DNA from: Bacteroidota bacterium
GTDB lineage: Bacteria; Bacteroidota; Bacteroidia; CAILMK01
Direction of reading: 5' to 3'
Assembly (NCBI GenBank): GCA_034440515.1
Contig: JAWXCF010000074.1
Coordinates: 762 to 64,761 of the forward strand
Length of the DNA stretch: 64,000 bases
Under the pieces are notes generated by a model, which saw nothing but the letters and a program-made list of their open reading frames with translations, was not told the origin of the DNA and ran no database searches. Below, piece by piece: positions 16,414-25,677 of this stretch. The position numbers were made by a program, and so were the translations under genes. Numbering within the stretch: the first letter of the stretch is position 1; each line of letters begins with the position of its first letter.

Positions 16414-19032
16414 TTATTCCTTTTCATCTACTTCAGAATCTTTATCTTTCTTTCCTTTACTTGATGGCTTATCTTTTGCTGACTTTTCATCTTTTTGGTC
16501 AGTGGAGTCAGCTTTTGGCTCTACTTTAATTGTGATTACATCTTTTTGGTCTGCATCTTTACCTAAGTCAGCAATTATTCTATCGCCTTCTTTAATATCA
16601 GACTTTAAGATTTCCTCAGCTATTAGGTCTTCAAGATTTTTTTGAATTACCCTTCTTAATGGTCTCGCACCATAATTAGGATCATACCCCTTTTTAGCTA
16701 GCCATAGTTTTGCTTCATTGGTTACAGACAACTCGTATTTAATTTGTCTAATTCTAGAGTAAAGAGACTCTAATTGTATATCAATTATTTTCTCGATATC
16801 AGGCTCAGAAAGTGAGTTAAATATAATTAGATCATCAATCCTATTTAAAAACTCTGGGCTAAATGTACGTTTCAATGCACCCTCTATTACAGTTTTGGTG
16901 TATTCATCAGCGCCTTTTTCTTTGTTGTCTGTAGTATAACCTACTCCTTTTCCAAAGTCTTTTAGCTGACGACTACCTATATTGGAGGTCATTATGATGA
17001 CCGTATTTCTAAAGTCAACCTTTCTGCCCAATGAATCTGTTAAAAACCCTTCATCTAATACTTGTAGTAATAAATTGTACACATCTGGGTGAGCTTTCTC
17101 TATTTCATCAAGTAAGATGATACAATATGGCTTACGTCTTACCTTTTCAGTTAATTGTCCACCTTCTTCATATCCAATATATCCTGGAGGGGCACCAACC
17201 AATCTACTTATGGCAAACTTCTCCATATATTCACTCATATCGATACGGATTAGAGCGTCATTATTATCAAATAGATATTTGGCCAATACTTTAGCTAATT
17301 CTGTCTTACCTACACCAGTTGGACCTAAGAAAATAAATGAACCTATCGGTCTATTCGGATCTTTTAGACCAGCACGAGTTCTTTGTATTGACTTGGTTAA
17401 TTTCCTAATGGCATCATTCTGACCTACTACAGAGCCTTCAAGTTCTTGCTCCATATTCAATAGTCTAAGCCCTTCACTTTGTGCTATACGTTTGGTAGGT
17501 ATGCCAGTCATCATACTGATAACCTCTGCAATATCTTCCTCATTTACAGTGTAGCGTTGTTTCTTGGACTCTTCTTCCCACTCTCTTTTTGCAGTTTCTA
17601 ATTGCTCTATTTGTTGTTTTTCTCTATCACGAAGTTTTGCTGCCTCTTCATAATGTTGACTTTTAACAACCTTATTTTTCTCTAGTTTTATATCTTCAAT
17701 CTGCTTTTCAAGCTCCAATATATTTTCTGGTACGTGAATGTTGGTAATGTGAACACGCGCTCCTGCTTCATCTAATACATCTATGGCTTTGTCTGGTAAA
17801 AAACGTTCAGTAATATACCGCTCACTCATATTTACACAAGCCACAATTGCTTCATCAGTGTAATCAACTCCGTGGTGACTTTCGTATTTCTCCTTAATGT
17901 TGTGTAATATCTCAACCGTTTCACTATTAGAAGCAGGGTTAATCATTACTTGTTGGAATCTACGCTCTAGTGCACCATCTTTCTCTATATATTGACGATA
18001 TTCATCTAAAGTTGTTGCGCCGATACATTGTATATCACCTCTTGCCAATGCAGGCTTAAACATATTGCTAGCATCTAAACTACCACTTGCACCACCAGCA
18101 CCTATAATTGTGTGAATTTCATCGATAAACAAGATTACATCTTTATTTTTCTCAAGCTCATTCATCACAGCCTTCATTCTCTCTTCGAACTGACCGCGAT
18201 ACTTAGTACCAGCAACCAGTGAGGCTAAATCAAGAGTAATTATTCTTTTGTTAAACAACACCCTGCTTACTTTTCTTTGGGTAATTCTTAGTGCTAATCC
18301 TTCAGCAATTGCTGTTTTACCTACACCAGGCTCACCTATTAGTATTGGGTTATTCTTTTTACGGCGACTTAATATCTGAGAGACGCGCTCTATCTCTTGC
18401 TCTCTACCTACTATTGGGTCTAATTTACCGTCCTCTGCAGCGCGGGTTAAATCTCTTCCAAAGGTATCAAGAACTGGGGTTTTGCTTTTTACATCGCCTT
18501 TCCTACCTGAGCCTACGTTACCAGAAAATCCGCCCCTATCTTGCTCTCTTCCGAAGTCATCGTCTCCAGAATCAGCAGGGAATTCGCCCCTAGGTCCGTA
18601 ATAATTATCTTCCAAATGTTCTTTAAAGCCATCATAAGTAACTGAAAATTGGTGGAGCAATTGTGCTGCAACATTTTCCTCATCACGTAGTACACTTAGC
18701 AGTAAATGCTCGGTCCCAATTATTTCGCTTTTAAAAATTTTAGCCTCAAGATAAGTTACTTTTAAAACTTTTTCGGCTTGTTTAGTAAGTGGTATGTTCC
18801 CTGTAATATCTTTATGAGAGGCCGTATTTTTTATGGCATCTTCTACAGCTTTTTTCAGTCTAGACAAGTCAACATCCATATTAGATAAGGTTTTGATTGC
18901 CTTGCCATCGCCTTCACGAATCAAACCCAGTAACAGATGCTCTGCTCCAATATAATCGTGGCCTAAACGGATGGCTTCCTCTCGGCTATAGCTTATTACA
19001 TCACGTACTCTGGGTGAAAATTTAGCTTCCAT
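16414..19032 (-). CDS. clpC: ATP-dependent Clp protease ATP-binding subunit ClpC
   Basis: Two Clp_N repeats, two AAA+ modules (GEPGVGKT, GPTGVGKT), UVR-like linker HYEEAAKLRDRE. I prefer the ATG at 19032 over the TTG at 19041. Lys/Asp/Ser-rich C-terminal tail. Confidence 0.9.
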   Translation of the reverse strand: MEAKFSPRVRDVISYSREEAIRLGHDYIGAEHLLLGLIREGDGKAIKTLSNMDVDLSRLKKAVEDAIKNTASHKDITGNIPLTKQAEKVLKVTYLEAKIFKSEIIGTEHLLLSVLRDEENVAAQLLHQFSVTYDGFKEHLEDNYYGPRGEFPADSGDDDFGREQDRGGFSGNVGSGRKGDVKSKTPVLDTFGRDLTRAAEDGKLDPIVGREQEIERVSQILSRRKKNNPILIGEPGVGKTAIAEGLALRITQRKVSRVLFNKRIITLDLASLVAGTKYRGQFEERMKAVMNELEKNKDVILFIDEIHTIIGAGGASGSLDASNMFKPALARGDIQCIGATTLDEYRQYIEKDGALERRFQQVMINPASNSETVEILHNIKEKYESHHGVDYTDEAIVACVNMSERYITERFLPDKAIDVLDEAGARVHITNIHVPENILELEKQIEDIKLEKNKVVKSQHYEEAAKLRDREKQQIEQLETAKREWEEESKKQRYTVNEEDIAEVISMMTGIPTKRIAQSEGLRLLNMEQELEGSVVGQNDAIRKLTKSIQRTRAGLKDPNRPIGSFIFLGPTGVGKTELAKVLAKYLFDNNDALIRIDMSEYMEKFAISRLVGAPPGYIGYEEGGQLTEKVRRKPYCIILLDEIEKAHPDVYNLLLQVLDEGFLTDSLGRKVDFRNTVIIMTSNIGSRQLKDFGKGVGYTTDNKEKGADEYTKTVIEGALKRTFSPEFLNRIDDLIIFNSLSEPDIEKIIDIQLESLYSRIRQIKYELSVTNEAKLWLAKKGYDPNYGARPLRRVIQKNLEDLIAEEILKSDIKEGDRIIADLGKDADQKDVITIKVEPKADSTDQKDEKSAKDKPSSKGKKDKDSEVDEKE

Positions 19033-19145
19033 TGAACTCAAAATTCTTCCTTTTTATTGTTTATAAATGAGATACAAGTTAGGTATTACCCTACCATCAA
19101 CAACCACATAAACTAGATAATAGTTTTATTGGCATTCTTGACAAT

Positions 19146-19153
19146 CAAAGTTA
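19146..19153 (-). promoter_or_regulatory. Possible -7 box for clpC (long leader)
   Basis: Minus strand TAACTTTG, 114 nt upstream of the ATG at 19032. Confidence 0.25.
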
Positions 19154-19316
19154 ATCTACTTATACAACTAATGCTAATTGCAAAAGGTGTTCCCAATATT
19201 AAGTATTTATTTTAGCTGTCAACCTATTACTTCTTCTATTTTTTTCAGACAAAATCGGTTTAATTTTTATTTATGCACAAATTATCTACCCCTCATTATG
19301 GCTTTGGAATGCAATA

Positions 19317-19324
19317 TATCTTTG
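19317..19324 (+). promoter_or_regulatory. Putative -7 box for dnaB
   Basis: TATCTTTG; ATG 37 nt downstream. Confidence 0.4.
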
Positions 19325-19360
19325 CTATCCTTAAAAAATTTATGAATACGAATACACCAA

Positions 19361-20908
19361 ATGGAAAATCAAAAAGACAATACTTGGAAGCCTAAAACTT
19401 TCGCAAAAACTAAATTTCAGACTGGAGACGTATCTCATTTACCTGGTAAAATGCCCCCACAAGCTCTAGAAATAGAAGAAGCTGTTCTTGGGGCATTAAT
19501 GCTTGATAATCAAGCTGTAGGTGACGTTTTAGACATACTTATACCAGAAAGTTTTTATAAGAAAGAGCACGAATTAATATTTAAAGTAATTAGAGATCTT
19601 TTCACCAATTCTCAACCTATTGATATGTTAACGGTCGTGGCAGAATTGAGGAAACAAGACCTGTTAAACGCTGTAGGAGGACCAATAATAATTACTAATC
19701 TGACATCACGTGTCAGTTCGTCAGCGCACATAGAATATCACGCCAGATTGGTATCACAGATGTACACAAAGCGTCAATTAATATCGTTTGCTAGGTTAAT
19801 AAATGATGCTGCTTTTGATGAAACCAACGATGTTTTTGACCTACTTGACAAAGCAGAACAAAGTTTATTTGATATAACAGAGTCTAACCTAAAGAGCAAC
19901 ACTGAGAAAATATCTGAACTATTAGCTCAAGCTACCCAGCAATTAGAAGAATTAAGAAAGAATGAAGGTAAGCTAAGTGGAGTACCTAGTGGGTTTACTG
20001 ACCTAGATAGATTGACAGGTGGATTTCAAAACTCTGATTTAATAATAATGGCAGCTAGACCTGGTATGGGTAAGACTGCCTTTGTAATGAGTTTAGCAAG
20101 AAATGCTGCTGTTGACTTTGACAAACCTGTTGCCGTATTTAGTCTAGAAATGTCGTCCGTGCAATTGGTAATGAGGTTGATAAGTAGCGAGTCAGAAATT
20201 GAAGGTGATTCTTTACGCAAAGGAAATTTAGTTGACTATCAATGGACACAATTGCATAAACGTACTGAGAAATTAAGTCGAGCGCCAATATTTATAGATG
20301 ATACCCCGGCCTTATCTACTTTTGATTTGCGTGCAAAATGTAGAAGGTTGAAGGCAAATAATAATATATCTATGGTAATTATAGACTATTTGCAGCTGAT
20401 GAGCGGGGGTAAAGAGGGAAATAGGGAGCAACAAATCAGTGCCATAAGCAGGTCTCTTAAGGCTTTAGCTAAGGAATTGCAAATACCAGTTATTGCTCTT
20501 TCCCAGTTAAGCCGTCAAGTAGAAATGAGATCTGCAACTAGTAAAAGACCAATGTTAAGCGATCTAAGGGAATCTGGGTCTATAGAGCAAGATGCCGACC
20601 AAGTAATGTTTATATATAGACCTGAATACTATGGCCTAGATGTAGATGAAAACAATCAATCTACAGAGGGATTAGCTGAAATTATTATTGCAAAAAATAG
20701 GCACGGATCTACTCAAACAGTGAATCTGTATTACGAAAAAAAGTTTGCAAGGTTTCAAAACTCAGATAGCAATGGATTCTATGCGGCAGCTGGCTCTTCT
20801 AGCCATCAATTAGAAGACAATAATTCAGGATTTAAGGCTGCTATAACAAGAAAAAGCAGAATGAACGATGAAAATGATGTTTCAGCTAGCGATTCAGCCC
20901 CATTTTAA
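19361..20908 (+). CDS. dnaB: Replicative DNA helicase DnaB
   Basis: N-terminal PPQALEIEEAVLGALM, Walker A ARPGMGKT, IIDYLQLM, RESGSIEQDAD. Confidence 0.95.
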   Translation: MENQKDNTWKPKTFAKTKFQTGDVSHLPGKMPPQALEIEEAVLGALMLDNQAVGDVLDILIPESFYKKEHELIFKVIRDLFTNSQPIDMLTVVAELRKQDLLNAVGGPIIITNLTSRVSSSAHIEYHARLVSQMYTKRQLISFARLINDAAFDETNDVFDLLDKAEQSLFDITESNLKSNTEKISELLAQATQQLEELRKNEGKLSGVPSGFTDLDRLTGGFQNSDLIIMAARPGMGKTAFVMSLARNAAVDFDKPVAVFSLEMSSVQLVMRLISSESEIEGDSLRKGNLVDYQWTQLHKRTEKLSRAPIFIDDTPALSTFDLRAKCRRLKANNNISMVIIDYLQLMSGGKEGNREQQISAISRSLKALAKELQIPVIALSQLSRQVEMRSATSKRPMLSDLRESGSIEQDADQVMFIYRPEYYGLDVDENNQSTEGLAEIIIAKNRHGSTQTVNLYYEKKFARFQNSDSNGFYAAAGSSSHQLEDNNSGFKAAITRKSRMNDENDVSASDSAPF

Positions 20909-20916
20909 AATTCCAC

Positions 20917-21243
20917 CTAGTCATCTGACCACATATCAATCAATGTTTGCAATTCGCCAGCAGTCTTCATATTTTTTTGGGCTAAGGCGAGTTGCTTTCC
21001 TTCTTTCGCTATTTGTATTGCTTTATAAAACGCATCGTGCTTTGTTAACAATTCAGCTAGAATATAATAAGCTGGTAAATACTTTGGGTGATTAATTACT
21101 AATTTATCTAACATATTGATAGCAGAAATATCATCATTTACAGAACGGTATTCTAATGCTAAAGCATACAATGAGAACTCATCATTCGGCTCATTTTCAA
21201 GAATTTTTAATAAAGCGTTAATTCTATTCGTAGGCTGGTTCAA
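20917..21243 (-). CDS. Small tetratricopeptide-repeat protein
   Basis: 108 aa with TPR-like helical repeats; TTG start. Confidence 0.6.
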   Translation of the reverse strand: MNQPTNRINALLKILENEPNDEFSLYALALEYRSVNDDISAINMLDKLVINHPKYLPAYYILAELLTKHDAFYKAIQIAKEGKQLALAQKNMKTAGELQTLIDMWSDD

Positions 21244-21250
21244 ATTTTTA

Positions 21251-21258
21251 TATTTTTG
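21251..21258 (+). promoter_or_regulatory. Putative -7 box for etfBA
   Basis: TATTTTTG; ATG 25 nt downstream. Confidence 0.4.
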
Positions 21259-21282
21259 CGTAAATAATAACTATAATAAAGA

Positions 21283-22023
21283 ATGAAAATTCTTTTGTGT
21301 GCCAGTGTCACACCAGACACTACAGCAAAAATAAATTTTACTGCAGATAAAAAATCATTGGAGCAGGCCAATGTAACTTTCATACTTAATCCCTATGATG
21401 ATCACGCGCTTGCTAGTGCTATGAACATTAAGGAAGCCAACAACGCATACCTTACGGTAGTTCACGTTGGTGATAAATCAGCTGAACCTATTTTAAGAAA
21501 GGTATTGGCTGTGGGTGCAGATGAAGCTATTCTGATAAATGCTACTCCCTATAATGCGCAGTATGTAGCACAACTAATAGCCGAAATAGTCAAACAAAAT
21601 CAATATGATTTAATCATAACTGGTCGTGAATCTATTGACTTTAATGGCGCTGAGCTTTGTGATTTATTAGCTGAGTATGTTGGCATTCCTAGCATTGCCT
21701 ATGTGTCTCACATTGATATCACACCTGATACAATAAAGCTTAAAAGGTTTATAGACGGTGGGGAGCAAAATTTAGAATTGGCCAATACCCCTATAGTTAT
21801 ATCTGCTACCAAAGAACTGGCTGAGCCTAAAATTCCGAATATGAGGGGAATAATGTCTGCTAAATCTAAACCATTAACAGTTCTTGAACCTACTAATCTT
21901 ATCAATATGGTTGAACTGGTAGAATTTGAAGCACCAATCGCAAAAAGTGGTGTCAAACTAATTGAAGCTGAAAATGCTGGTCAATTAATAGACATTTTGC
22001 ATAATGACATTAAAATCATTTAA
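21283..22023 (+). CDS. etfB: Electron transfer flavoprotein beta subunit
   Basis: Typical ETF-beta length and sequence (NPYDDHALA, ITGRESIDFNG). Followed by etfA. Confidence 0.9.
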   Translation: MKILLCASVTPDTTAKINFTADKKSLEQANVTFILNPYDDHALASAMNIKEANNAYLTVVHVGDKSAEPILRKVLAVGADEAILINATPYNAQYVAQLIAEIVKQNQYDLIITGRESIDFNGAELCDLLAEYVGIPSIAYVSHIDITPDTIKLKRFIDGGEQNLELANTPIVISATKELAEPKIPNMRGIMSAKSKPLTVLEPTNLINMVELVEFEAPIAKSGVKLIEAENAGQLIDILHNDIKII

Positions 22024-22040
22024 CAACAAAAAATTTAATT

Positions 22041-23015
22041 ATGTCAGTATTAGTTTACGCTGAAAGTATAGATGGTACTTTCCATAAACCAGCTTTTGAA
22101 GCACTTACTTATGGGTTTGATTTAGCTAAAAAGCTTGGATTACCTTTACACGTGGTCAGCATATCAAATGTTGCCATCTCAAATATAGATGAATTAGGTA
22201 AATATGGAGCTACTCACTTCATAACCATAGTAGAACCTAAGTTACTTAATTTTTACAGTGGTTCATTTGCAACAGCATTATCAGCGGCTGTAAATCAGGT
22301 TAATGCGACAATTGTTATTTTATCTGCATCATTTGCCGGTAAATCTATTGCACCTAGGCTAGCAGCCAGATGGGGTGCATCAGTAGTAAATAATGTGTCT
22401 GGATTGCCAAACACAGAGGACGGATTCGTAGTAAAGAAATCAATTTATTCAGGCAAGGGTTTTGGATACTTTAACATCTTGGCTCCTAATAAAGTTATTA
22501 GCATCGGTATAAATTCTTACCACGTTACTGAACGCCAGGCAAATTTGACAACAGACGTGCTTAATGTTGAATTTTCAGCTCAAGATTTCCCGCTTACTGT
22601 CACTGAAACAGAAAGACAAAAAGGAAAAATAAACTTAACTGAGGCTGAACGTGTCGTATCTGCAGGTAGAGGTATGAAAGGTGCAGAAAACTGGGGAATG
22701 GTTGAGGAATTGGCAGATCTATTAAATGCAGCAACTGCTTGTAGTAAACCTGTTAGCGATGTAGGTTGGCGTCCTCATTCTGAACACGTAGGCCAAACTG
22801 GTATCACCATTGCACCTAATCTTTATATTGCCATTGGAATCAGTGGTGCAATACAGCATTTAGCAGGGGTAAGCAACAGTAAGGTGATTGTAGTAATAAA
22901 TAAAGACAAGGATGCTCCATTTTTCAAAGCAGCAGATTATGGTATTGTAGGTGACGCATTTGATGTATTACCTAAGTTAATAGAAGCTGCAAAAAAAGTG
23001 AAAGCAAATAGCTAA
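22041..23015 (+). CDS. etfA: Electron transfer flavoprotein alpha subunit
   Basis: C-terminal FAD-binding motif PNLYIAIGISGAIQHLAG. Confidence 0.9.
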   Translation: MSVLVYAESIDGTFHKPAFEALTYGFDLAKKLGLPLHVVSISNVAISNIDELGKYGATHFITIVEPKLLNFYSGSFATALSAAVNQVNATIVILSASFAGKSIAPRLAARWGASVVNNVSGLPNTEDGFVVKKSIYSGKGFGYFNILAPNKVISIGINSYHVTERQANLTTDVLNVEFSAQDFPLTVTETERQKGKINLTEAERVVSAGRGMKGAENWGMVEELADLLNAATACSKPVSDVGWRPHSEHVGQTGITIAPNLYIAIGISGAIQHLAGVSNSKVIVVINKDKDAPFFKAADYGIVGDAFDVLPKLIEAAKKVKANS

Positions 23016-23629
23016 TGGCATCTGAAGACAATAAGATAGAACTCCAAATATTGGGGATTTCATCAGGGCAAATTGCCACATCATATACTTTAATATTAGA
23101 GGAAGTAGATGGCGATAGAAAACTACCTATTATCATTGGTGTATTTGAGGCTCAAGCTATTGCTATAGAAATTGAGAAGATAATACCAACCAGACCAATG
23201 ACGCACGATTTGATTAAAAACCTCTCAGATTCGTTTAACATCACAATTAGAGAGGCAATAATTCACAAATTAGAAGAAGGAATATTCTTCGCCTATTTAA
23301 TTTGCAATAATGGTACATCAGAAGAAGTAATAGACGCTAGAACCAGCGACGCTATTGCATTGGCTGTCAGGTTTAAGTGCCCAATTTATACCTACGAAAG
23401 TATAATGAACGAAGCTGGAATAACTTTAAATGAGGAGGATCAGCCTGAACCAGTTGCTAATAAAGAAAATACACCATCACCAAAGTCTAATAGGGAAAAG
23501 TCCCAAACTGATTATACTAGTATGGATAAATCAGAACTGGATCGACTATTGGAGATAGCAATTGAAGATGAAAACTATATAGTTGCTGCCAAGCTAAGAG
23601 ACGAATTAACTAAAAGAGGCTTTAACTAA
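23015..23629 (+). CDS. Bifunctional nuclease family protein (DUF151) with C-terminal UVR motif
   Basis: LPIIIGVFEAQAIAIE and RPMTHDL motifs; C-terminal YIVAAKLRDEL. TAATG overlap with etfA. Confidence 0.75.
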   Translation: MASEDNKIELQILGISSGQIATSYTLILEEVDGDRKLPIIIGVFEAQAIAIEIEKIIPTRPMTHDLIKNLSDSFNITIREAIIHKLEEGIFFAYLICNNGTSEEVIDARTSDAIALAVRFKCPIYTYESIMNEAGITLNEEDQPEPVANKENTPSPKSNREKSQTDYTSMDKSELDRLLEIAIEDENYIVAAKLRDELTKRGFN

Positions 23630-24065
23630 AGTTAGGAATATCTAACAACTGAGTGTATAGCCTTTCATTTAGATGAGCATAAACTATGGTAACTCCATTA
23701 GTCAGCATCATATAGTCAGCTCTATACTTATGCGCATACTGAGTTGCTTGTATTTGTGTTTGATTATTTATTTCAATAGTCGGACTTTTGCACTCTACAA
23801 CTAGCCAAACTCCACCCAATTTATTATAGATTCTTATATCAGTTCGCTGTTTATTCAGTTTATTTCCAGAAGATTCTATATTAATGTATGAAGCAGGAAC
23901 CTTCTTTATTTCCATTAAGAAGTGAATGACGTGTTGCCTTACAAATTCCTCAGGTGTTAACTTTACCCATATTTTTCGTATTACATCATATATTAATTTC
24001 GTTTCACCAGTGGATCTCAATTTCATTTCAAATTCAGGAAAACATAATTTCATATTAAAAACCAT
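23622..24065 (-). CDS. HsdR N-terminal (PD-(D/E)xK-like) domain-containing small protein
   Basis: 147 aa with RTDIRIY...LVVECK nuclease-like core. Divergent from holA. Confidence 0.7.
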   Translation of the reverse strand: MVFNMKLCFPEFEMKLRSTGETKLIYDVIRKIWVKLTPEEFVRQHVIHFLMEIKKVPASYINIESSGNKLNKQRTDIRIYNKLGGVWLVVECKSPTIEINNQTQIQATQYAHKYRADYMMLTNGVTIVYAHLNERLYTQLLDIPNFS

Positions 24066-24070
24066 CTAAA

Positions 24071-25078
24071 ATGGCAAGCCAATCATTTGAGCAAATTATA
24101 AAGTCGCTACAACAAAGAAAATACGAATCAGTCTATTTTCTGCACGGTACAGAATCTTATTTTATTGATGCCATATCTGACTTTATAGAAACTAATGTAC
24201 TATCAGATGCAGAGAAAGGTTTTAACCAAGCAGTGTATTATGGTAAAGACATAAGCGATATGGATCTATACAATGCTTGCACGCGATACCCAATGATGAG
24301 CGAGCGGCAAGTAATAATAGTTAAAGAGGCGCAAAACTTTAAGGGATTCGATAAACTAGAAAAGTACTTTAGTCACCCAGTCACCAGCACCCTTTTGGTA
24401 ATTGCTCACAAACAAAAAAGTCTGGACAAAAGGTTGAAAACCTATAAAGTTATTGAGAAAAATGCAGTAATGTTTGAGTCTAAAGCATTGCCAGAGGCAA
24501 AGTTGAATGACTTTGTAAAGATGCAAGCTGAAATAAATAAAGTAGTAATTCAAGCGGAGGCAACTAATTCCCTAATAGAATTTGTTGGCGACCAATTAGA
24601 TACTTTGGCAAATGCTGTAACAAGATTAAGTTCTGGGTTATTAGAAGGCAATAATGTAATTAATAAACAAATGATTATTGATAACATCAGCAAAACAAGA
24701 GACTATACCTTATTTGACTTAAATAGAGCATTATCTAGTAGAAATCATAACCAGATTGCAAATCTATCTAATTACTTTTCTATTAACCATAAGGAGTTTC
24801 CTATGCCCTATATAGTAGGTACAATGTATTCTTTTTTCTCAAAAGCTTTAGCATTACATTTAAGTAAAAGCACCAGCGATGACACCTTTAAACAGTTGGG
24901 CATTAACCCTTGGGGCAAAAATGAATACCTAAATGCCATTAAAAACTATGGACACAAACTTATTAACATTATGCAATTAATCCAAGAATACGATCTTCGA
25001 TTTAAAGGTGTAAATGATGCCGGCACAGAAGATTCAGAATTAACTAGAGAGTTAATCTATAGAATTCAGTATCTGTAG
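24071..25078 (+). CDS. holA: DNA polymerase III delta subunit
   Basis: 335 aa with N-terminal YFLHGTESYFID motif and delta-subunit architecture. Confidence 0.8.
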   Translation: MASQSFEQIIKSLQQRKYESVYFLHGTESYFIDAISDFIETNVLSDAEKGFNQAVYYGKDISDMDLYNACTRYPMMSERQVIIVKEAQNFKGFDKLEKYFSHPVTSTLLVIAHKQKSLDKRLKTYKVIEKNAVMFESKALPEAKLNDFVKMQAEINKVVIQAEATNSLIEFVGDQLDTLANAVTRLSSGLLEGNNVINKQMIIDNISKTRDYTLFDLNRALSSRNHNQIANLSNYFSINHKEFPMPYIVGTMYSFFSKALALHLSKSTSDDTFKQLGINPWGKNEYLNAIKNYGHKLINIMQLIQEYDLRFKGVNDAGTEDSELTRELIYRIQYL

Positions 25079-25089
25079 TTTATTGCTAA

Positions 25090-25494
25090 CTAGATTGCGC
25101 TTGTATTCATTACAGTAGCTTCACCTTTTACAGTAGCTTCACCATCTTTCTTACCTTGTAATATGGTCTCAACAGTTGCTCTATGCTTTTCTTTATTTAC
25201 TTCAATTACAGTAAATACAGCCTCATAGTCAGTATCTACATACATTGGCTTTACAAATGCCATACTTTGTTTTAAATAAATAGTCCCTTCACCTGGGAAT
25301 AATGTTCCGAATACTTTTGAGAATATAGCTCCACCTAAAAACCCGTGTACGATAGGAACTTTAAACATAGTAGTTGCTGCATATTCTGCATCTAAATGGA
25401 TTGGGTTTTTGTCACCTGTTACTTGCGCAAATAAGGCTACTTCCTCTTGAGTAAACTTGAAATCGTGACGGTAAATCTGTCCTTGTTCTATCAT
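25090..25494 (-). CDS. phaJ: MaoC-like (R)-specific enoyl-CoA hydratase
   Basis: Hotdog fold, catalytic motif TGDKNPIHLD, 134 aa. Divergent from phaEC. Confidence 0.8.
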   Translation of the reverse strand: MIEQGQIYRHDFKFTQEEVALFAQVTGDKNPIHLDAEYAATTMFKVPIVHGFLGGAIFSKVFGTLFPGEGTIYLKQSMAFVKPMYVDTDYEAVFTVIEVNKEKHRATVETILQGKKDGEATVKGEATVMNTSAI

Positions 25495-25566
25495 TATAGT
25501 TAAAATACTTTAATACGTAAATATAGTTACGATATTAAGAAATAGACTTTACTATAATGTTAAATA

Positions 25567-25582
25567 GGTAAATTAATTTACC
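25567..25582. promoter_or_regulatory. Perfect 16-bp palindrome GGTAAATTAATTTACC in the phaJ/phaE divergent intergenic region
   Basis: The sequence is its own reverse complement. It lies 73 nt from the phaJ start and 59 nt upstream of the phaE -7 box. Confidence 0.3.
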
Positions 25583-25640
25583 AAATGAATAGCTTAACCA
25601 TTTGATTACACGATGTTTATATATTGATAATATATATTAC

Positions 25641-25648
25641 TACCTTTG
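25641..25648 (+). promoter_or_regulatory. Putative -7 box for phaEC
   Basis: TACCTTTG; ATG 25678 is 30 nt downstream. Confidence 0.45.
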
Positions 25649-25677
25649 CAACATATTTTAATACATACTTAAAAACA

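Noticed and set aside
16414-16530. Lys/Asp/Glu/Ser-rich C-terminal tail of ClpC (KADSTDQKDEKSAKDKPSSKGKKDKDSEVDEKE), and the extended termini of DnaB.
   Set aside because: These are low-complexity tails with no motif. Such lineage-specific extensions are common and cannot be interpreted from sequence alone.
23015-24065. A bifunctional nuclease (DUF151+UVR) convergent with a small HsdR-N-terminal-domain protein looked like a possible restriction or defence module.
   Set aside because: No methyltransferase, specificity subunit, helicase/ATPase or toxin partner is present. Both genes are embedded between etfBA and holA. From memory, both are widely conserved single-copy housekeeping neighbours in Bacteroidota. 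Composition is no different from the flanks.
25624-25677. N-terminal extensions from non-ATG starts in the ORF track: phaE TTG 25624, hydrolase ATG 28193, ABC ATPase TTG 29027, lipA TTG 56821, clpC TTG 19041, DUF1684 ATG 42028.
   Set aside because: A -7 promoter box (25641, 29030), a terminator hairpin (28177-28209) or the upstream gene's coding end (41994-42028) lies inside each extension. In-frame ATGs downstream give N-termini that match the families.
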